A stretch of 64,000 bases of DNA from positions 448,001 to 512,000 of the forward strand of contig JBMNIF010000003.1 of assembly GCA_050950765.1 (NCBI GenBank), in the 5' to 3' direction. Under the pieces are notes generated by a model. It was not told the DNA's origin. It did not search any database and worked only from the letters and a program-made list of their open reading frames with translations. Each line of letters begins with the position of its first letter. Within the stretch, counting starts at the first letter, position 1. Made by a program: the position numbers and the translations under genes. Below are positions 62,771 to 64,000 of the stretch, piece after piece. This DNA comes from Bdellovibrionota bacterium (GTDB lineage: Bacteria > Bdellovibrionota_C > UBA2361 > JAAYZI01).

Positions 62771-64000
62771 ATGAGCAAAACTAGCAAAATGATGTTTTAT
62801 TCATTAAATATTTACAACATAAGAGTCTCCATTCTCTTAGGGTTATCAGCATTGCTACTCAATGCCCTGCCTAATATTACAGAACCTGAAACGGTCTTCA
62901 TCGGGAATATCTGTATCTTTATCTCAGCTCTGATACTCCCCCCTTTCTATGCCGCCGTTACAGCGATTTTAGGTTTACTGCCTCACGTCTTTATTTCAGA
63001 GATAAACCCGATCTGCTTCATTCAAGCATTTATTTTGACAGTGGTTATTTCATCTTTCATAAAAAGAAATCCGAAGATCCCTGCTTATCTTATAGCGATC
63101 CCACTTCTGTGTATTTTAATACCGGCACAATATTACTTATCGCGTGCAAATTTTTTTGCTCCCTTATCACCACAAGGCAGTGCCTTAAATCTTCATAACC
63201 TCCTTATAGCCGGTTATAGCGATACCCTCTTTGTTATAATCGCCGGTACCCTCTTGCTAAATAATGATATCTGGAACTTTTTAACGAAAAAGCCCCGTAA
63301 CATCAGACTTTCATATTTATTATACCACACCATCCCTTCAGGGCTATTAACTGCATCTCTACTTGTAATTATTGTGAGTGGACTAGAATCTACCGCTAGC
63401 ATCCTCAGCATATTCTTCTTTTCGATCTTCATCAGTATCGCTTTAGCAAAATTTTTAGCAAAAGCGATCGAAGATAATTCCGGATCTTTAATTACAGAAA
63501 AAACATTTGAACACCACCGCAGCACGGCTTTTTCTGGAACTTCAAGCGAGTTCTGGAAAAGAAAAAGCACCAGCACAGGAGAGATCCCATTCCCTAGTGT
63601 CTTAAATACAACCACAACCTCTTCAACAAAAAATAAAAGTATCAATAGCAATACGGGAGTCTGCGCCATTGACAAAAACGGTGTCGTCCTATTTTTAAAC
63701 AGACAATTTAAAGAATTACTGCACGTAACACACCCAACACCCCTCGGACAACCGTTAGCTGAAATAGGAATAGAAGAGGGTGCACGGGATGATATCTTAC
63801 AACTTGTCTCTAGAACTATTAAAAGCGGCTCTCGTAAAATAGAGATAAAGTTAAATTCTCTTCCGGAGAAGCTCCGTTTTTATGAGATAAGAGCTGAGTT
63901 TTCAGAAGATCTGCAAGCGATCTCATTAAGCGACAACAATGACGGTGTCGTTATAAAAGTCAAAGACATCACTAATCGAAGAGCACTGGAAAGTCATATG
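62771..64000 (+). CDS. Membrane sensor with a PAS domain, probably a histidine kinase (truncated by the window end)
   Basis: Open frame from ATG 62771 to the window end; absent from the ORF track. Several TM helices, then GVCAIDKNG..LFLNRQF and VKDITNRRALE. Confidence 0.75.
   Translation, partial: MSKTSKMMFYSLNIYNIRVSILLGLSALLLNALPNITEPETVFIGNICIFISALILPPFYAAVTAILGLLPHVFISEINPICFIQAFILTVVISSFIKRNPKIPAYLIAIPLLCILIPAQYYLSRANFFAPLSPQGSALNLHNLLIAGYSDTLFVIIAGTLLLNNDIWNFLTKKPRNIRLSYLLYHTIPSGLLTASLLVIIVSGLESTASILSIFFFSIFISIALAKFLAKAIEDNSGSLITEKTFEHHRSTAFSGTSSEFWKRKSTSTGEIPFPSVLNTTTTSSTKNKSINSNTGVCAIDKNGVVLFLNRQFKELLHVTHPTPLGQPLAEIGIEEGARDDILQLVSRTIKSGSRKIEIKLNSLPEKLRFYEIRAEFSEDLQAISLSDNNDGVVIKVKDITNRRALESHM

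Overview
Chromosomal window from a low-GC diderm bacterium. The gene set (mreBCD-mrdA-rodA, mutS-amiC, rplS, a TamB/Omp85 fusion, divergent flagellin and PilB-like proteins) suggests a deltaproteobacteria-like lineage; this is inference. It has about 36 CDSs, mostly housekeeping or envelope genes, and one complete IS1634-family element with terminal inverted repeats and a TTTAAA target duplication. The outstanding feature is a family of intergenic mosaic repeat arrays at about 10 loci. An 11-bp core, TGGTGCCACCC (about 57 copies of GTGCCACCC by manual count, none seen in genes), and a second core, GTGGGTGTCC, separate a small library of reused modules that appear in different orders at each locus. 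Two different modules carry an IHF consensus (WATCAANNNNTTR) exactly 25 bp from a core. One module is missing precisely from core to core in one unit, several array ends are fold-back junctions, and one inverted core pair brackets a perfect 108-bp copy of a gene 3' end located 21 kb away. This looks like a BIME/REPIN-like DNA shuffling and capture system rather than CRISPR; no candidate recombinase or transposase for it is in the window. Other oddities are an orphan VirD4-like ATPase beside the last array, an ArgRS paralogue lacking catalytic motifs, a PilB-REC fusion with a degenerate P-loop, and a flagellin-like protein with a large insert.
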